A stretch of DNA of 36,717 bases from Chiloscyllium plagiosum (taxonomy: Eukaryota), in contig NW_025214834.1 in the NCBI RefSeq assembly GCF_004010195.1, positions 5,459 to 42,175 on the forward strand. Direction: 5' to 3'. This document shows, piece by piece, positions 33,806 through 36,717 of the stretch; positions within the stretch are counted from its first letter, which is position 1; every line of letters starts with the position of its first letter. The notes beneath the pieces were generated by a model. The model searched no databases. It saw only the letters and a program-made list of their open reading frames with translations, and had not been told where the DNA came from. Made by a program: the position numbers and the translations under genes.

Positions 33806-34925
33806 AAGTCCATTTGCTATTTCTCCCACTAACTCTGTTGGTATCCCGGGATCTATTCCATTAGGGCAATGAGACTTGTGTACCTTTAGCTCCATCAACT
33901 TGCCCAGCTCTAACTCTTTCACGATAATGGTTATTTCTAGGTCCTCACCTTCCTCAGTTTCCTTATCAATTACTGGCATGTTCTTCCTATCCTCCACTTT
34001 GAAGACTGACAGCTGTGTACTCATATTCCTGAACCCTGCCGGATAGGAATAACTAGGCACTGAACTCTGAGAGGTCTTCTTTGAGTCCTTATTGATGAGA
34101 CATGGCAGTTACCTGGATAGTGTACATGCAGAACACCTCCAGGCAGCATCAGGTAACTGCTCGCCTGTCCGATGTGCCGCTCCCATTCTTATACCTTTGT
34201 GGTTTGGGACTTTGAATAGAGACTATCTCTCAATATTATCTCCATGGCAACGGCAGTTAGGAAATCTAGTTCAGTTCAGCACTTTGTGGTTAAACCACAC
34301 ACCCCTGCCCACACACCCCAGTGGCTCCCTCAAGTATCTGACAGGCGCTTCAGTTTCAGTGGGGCTGTCTATCGGGATTCTGATATGGAGGTGCCGGTGT
34401 TGAGGTGGGGCGGACAAAGTTATAAATCACACAACAGGTTATAGTCCAGCAGGTTTATTTGGAAGTACAAGCTTTTGGAGTGTGCTGTGATTTTTAATTT
34501 GATCAGGATTATCTCTATGGTAACAGTTAAGTGCTTCAACAATTACAGAGGCCATATGTTCCCCCAAAAAATAGGTTCCCCTCTAGCAGGGTAAACTGCT
34601 ATTCTGGCCCTTGGGATAGCTACTCATCACTTTTCTCCCCCAATCCCATCTCGCTTTCTGTTGATCTTTAAAGTTTTTCTAATCTCCTAGTTTCTTCTTG
34701 GTGTTTGCCATTTTGTATGCCTTCTATTTCAATTTGATAGACTCCCTTATTTCCTTAGCCACTCATGGCATATTTCTCCTTTTCCTACAGTCCTTCCTTT
34801 TCACTGATATATACTTTTGCTGAGCACTTCGAAAAATTGCTCCGTCACTGTCCGTCACCTTTCCCACGGTAAAGTCTTTGCTACCAGTTTACATTAGCTA
34901 ACTCCTGCCTCATCCTATTGTATTC
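33806..34925 (-). mobile_element. Mosaic of CR1 fragments with a short Penelope-related insert at ~34378-34500
   Basis: LGKLMELKVHKSHCPNGIDPGI..GEIA (decayed KSPGPDG motif); the remaining pieces are recognised less securely. Confidence 0.6.
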
Positions 34926-34929
34926 ATGG

Positions 34930-35075
34930 GGGCTACAACTCCCACAATCCCTGAGGCCGGGACCACGCGTGTGCGGGGAAGCCCGGCACTGCACATGTAT
35001 AGACTATGGGCGGATTTTGGAGCATGTGCTTTGGGGTAATTAGCGGAAAGCATTTGACATTGTGATTGGCTGGAG
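34930..35075 (+). promoter_or_regulatory. Promoter-like element with a ZNF143/THAP11-type composite motif
   Basis: gCTACAAcTCCCAcAATcC at 34932-34950, GC box gggcgg at 35008, reverse CCAAT gattggct at 35064; locally CpG-richer than the flanks. Confidence 0.6.
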
Positions 35076-35469
35076 GAGGAACGTATCAGCTTGTAGTATT
35101 GACGGGTTGGGGGGGGGGGGTCAAAATGTCACCACAAACACATGGGCCCAAGTTCCGGGCCCAAGTTCCATCACCAACTAGTCATAATGATGGGAATCGA
35201 CCAATGGGAAACAAGGAAGGATCTGACCCATTCTCCCAGACTGAAGGTTCCTCTTCTGTCCAGGATCTGCTCCCTCCCTTTCTGTTTCCTTTTGATTTAT
35301 TCTCCTGTAACATTCTTGACTTGCAGCAACTGAAGGGAAAGGAAATAAACCCAGAAAGGGTGCAGAGCCTAACCAGGACAGGAAGGCGTGGCATGGATCT
35401 GTTTATCAGTAACTCCATGAGAATGGGGGCGGGTACATTAGGGACAACAGAGGCAGAATGGTGGGAGAG

Positions 35470-35670
35470 AGTAAGTGGGCTGGAGCGTTACAGCTTTGGC
35501 AGAAGAAAGGGAAAAAATATTCCAGAGAAGCTAGAATTGTCTGCTCTGAATTCTAATCTGTACATATTCGTTTATTCAGGGTACGAGATGGTGAAGATTT
35601 GCAGACTGAAATCTGAAACTCGTGCACATCGTGATTAAGTTAACCAGCATTTGAAGAACGAAAGATGGAG
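35470..35670 (+). pseudogene. Intron end and exon start of a second ZNF-type paralog; finger array missing
   Basis: acagctttgg..ctagaattgtct..tgaatt..ctgta..ggtac..gatttgcaga is colinear with 32880-33005; acceptor tttattcag ends at 35579. Confidence 0.55.
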
Positions 35671-35674
35671 AATA

Positions 35675-35840
35675 ACTTGGCCAAAATCCAGCACCACTCT
35701 CCCTCCCAGCATTGTCGGTCTATCTGCGCCAAATGGACTGTGAATGGTTCAAGAAAGCAGCTCACTACCATCTTCTCAAGAGTAACTAGAGATGAGGAAT
35801 AAAGGCGGGCTGAGCCAGTGATGTCCATATCCTAGAAATG
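35675..35840 (+). mobile_element. 3' end of the L2-group LINE family
   Basis: ggttcaagaaagcagctcactaccatcttctcaagagtaactagagatg matches the reverse complement of 7340-7400. Confidence 0.8.
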
Positions 35841-35994
35841 GTTTCTATCTTTAGTTGCTGAAACACAGTTGATGTTACTGCAGGATGATGAGGGAGGCTG
35901 AGTGCGTCCTCCAGGATGCAGAACCGTCACATTACCGCTGCCTACACCCACACAGTAACACAGCAACACCACTGGAACAAAAGGCAGTGAAGCC

Positions 35995-36158
35995 AAAGGA
36001 GGACTTAGATATAGTTCTTCGAGATAAAGTCATAAAAGGGGATTGGAGCACAGCAGGAACAGGAGACTGAGCTGGATGGTCAGCTGTTTCCCCTTGAATG
36101 GTGGAGCAGGATTGAAAGGCCGAATGGCCTCCTGCTGCTATCTCCCAGGTATGTATAT
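35995..36158 (+). mobile_element. CR1 LINE 3' tail
   Basis: gaatggtggagcaggattgaaaggccgaatggcctcctgctgct. Confidence 0.8.
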
Positions 36159-36717
36159 AGCCATGAAGGCCGGCTCGGAAGCAATAGGCATGGCAGGGAT
36201 TCTGCAGGCGAATACACTTCCACATCAGTTTTCAGTGAGGGACAGTTTGATGGATTTTACTTAACATTTGTCTTTAACACAAGGTTTGTGAATTTGGTTT
36301 TAAAATATTGTAGCTATTTATTCCACAACAAATAAAACTAAAAGAAAAGAAATGAAACGATCTGAATATAACAGTTTTTAAAGTTTTAAACGCCCTGCAA
36401 AACAAATCCTGCCTACTCCCGGACACCGTCACTTTACAATTACTCAAACTCCAGGGAAATATTCCCCCCCTATCTGAACCTTTGGTTTGATTTACCTGAT
36501 TTTCAGTTCTCATTCTGTGAGCTGTGAAGCGTTCTTTATTTCCCATTTCTCCTACCAGAAGTGTTATCACACACAGCTGAGCAACCTTCCCACCATCAAC
36601 ATCATCATTACACCATTTCGGTTCACATATAATCACCAGCAGTAAACCACCCATGTAACCAATTGAATATCTATAAACAACGCCCATTACATGAAAAGCA
36701 AACCATTACAAATGACA

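Noticed and set aside
4021..34500. Further hammerheads in Penelope-type remnants at ~4080, ~14970 and ~34470
   Set aside because: The core CUGANGA/GAAA nucleotides are mutated or deleted.
35066..35638. 190 aa ORF
   Set aside because: Runs through promoter and intron-like sequence of the ZNF remnant; no domain and a non-ATG start.
36274..36687. 137 aa minus-strand ORF
   Set aside because: No recognisable domain; composition is consistent with a chance ORF.

Overview
Gapped, repeat-dominated vertebrate genomic DNA. The repeat types (HE1-type V-SINEs, CR1/HER1 LINEs, Penelope-like elements, Rex1/Babar, L2-group LINEs) point to a shark, possibly a bamboo shark; this is inference from repeat content. 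No intact protein-coding gene is visible, and nearly all ORFs in the track are TE remnants, antisense shadows or N-gap artefacts. Host-gene remnants are a decayed C2H2 zinc-finger pseudogene (~32.9-33.4 kb) and a paralogous 5' region with a ZNF143-type promoter (~34.9-35.7 kb). Most notable: (1) a non-TE-looking unit present three times (1-385, 12017-12255, 13419-13830) whose reconstructed + frame has HUH rolling-circle-endonuclease-like motifs, a low-confidence candidate for an endogenous ssDNA-virus or Replitron-like element; (2) a ~3 kb APE-RT LINE with no ORF1 and a tRNA-like Pol III head, next to SINEs made of that same head plus that same tail; (3) a TSD-flanked Penelope element carrying a minimal hammerhead ribozyme; (4) a 10 x 42 bp minisatellite derived from an RT motif, beside a ~2.1 kb 39 bp array; (5) TE copies sharing inactivating mutations, indicating old segmental duplication. 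Family assignments come from motif recognition by eye, and most TE boundaries are approximate.
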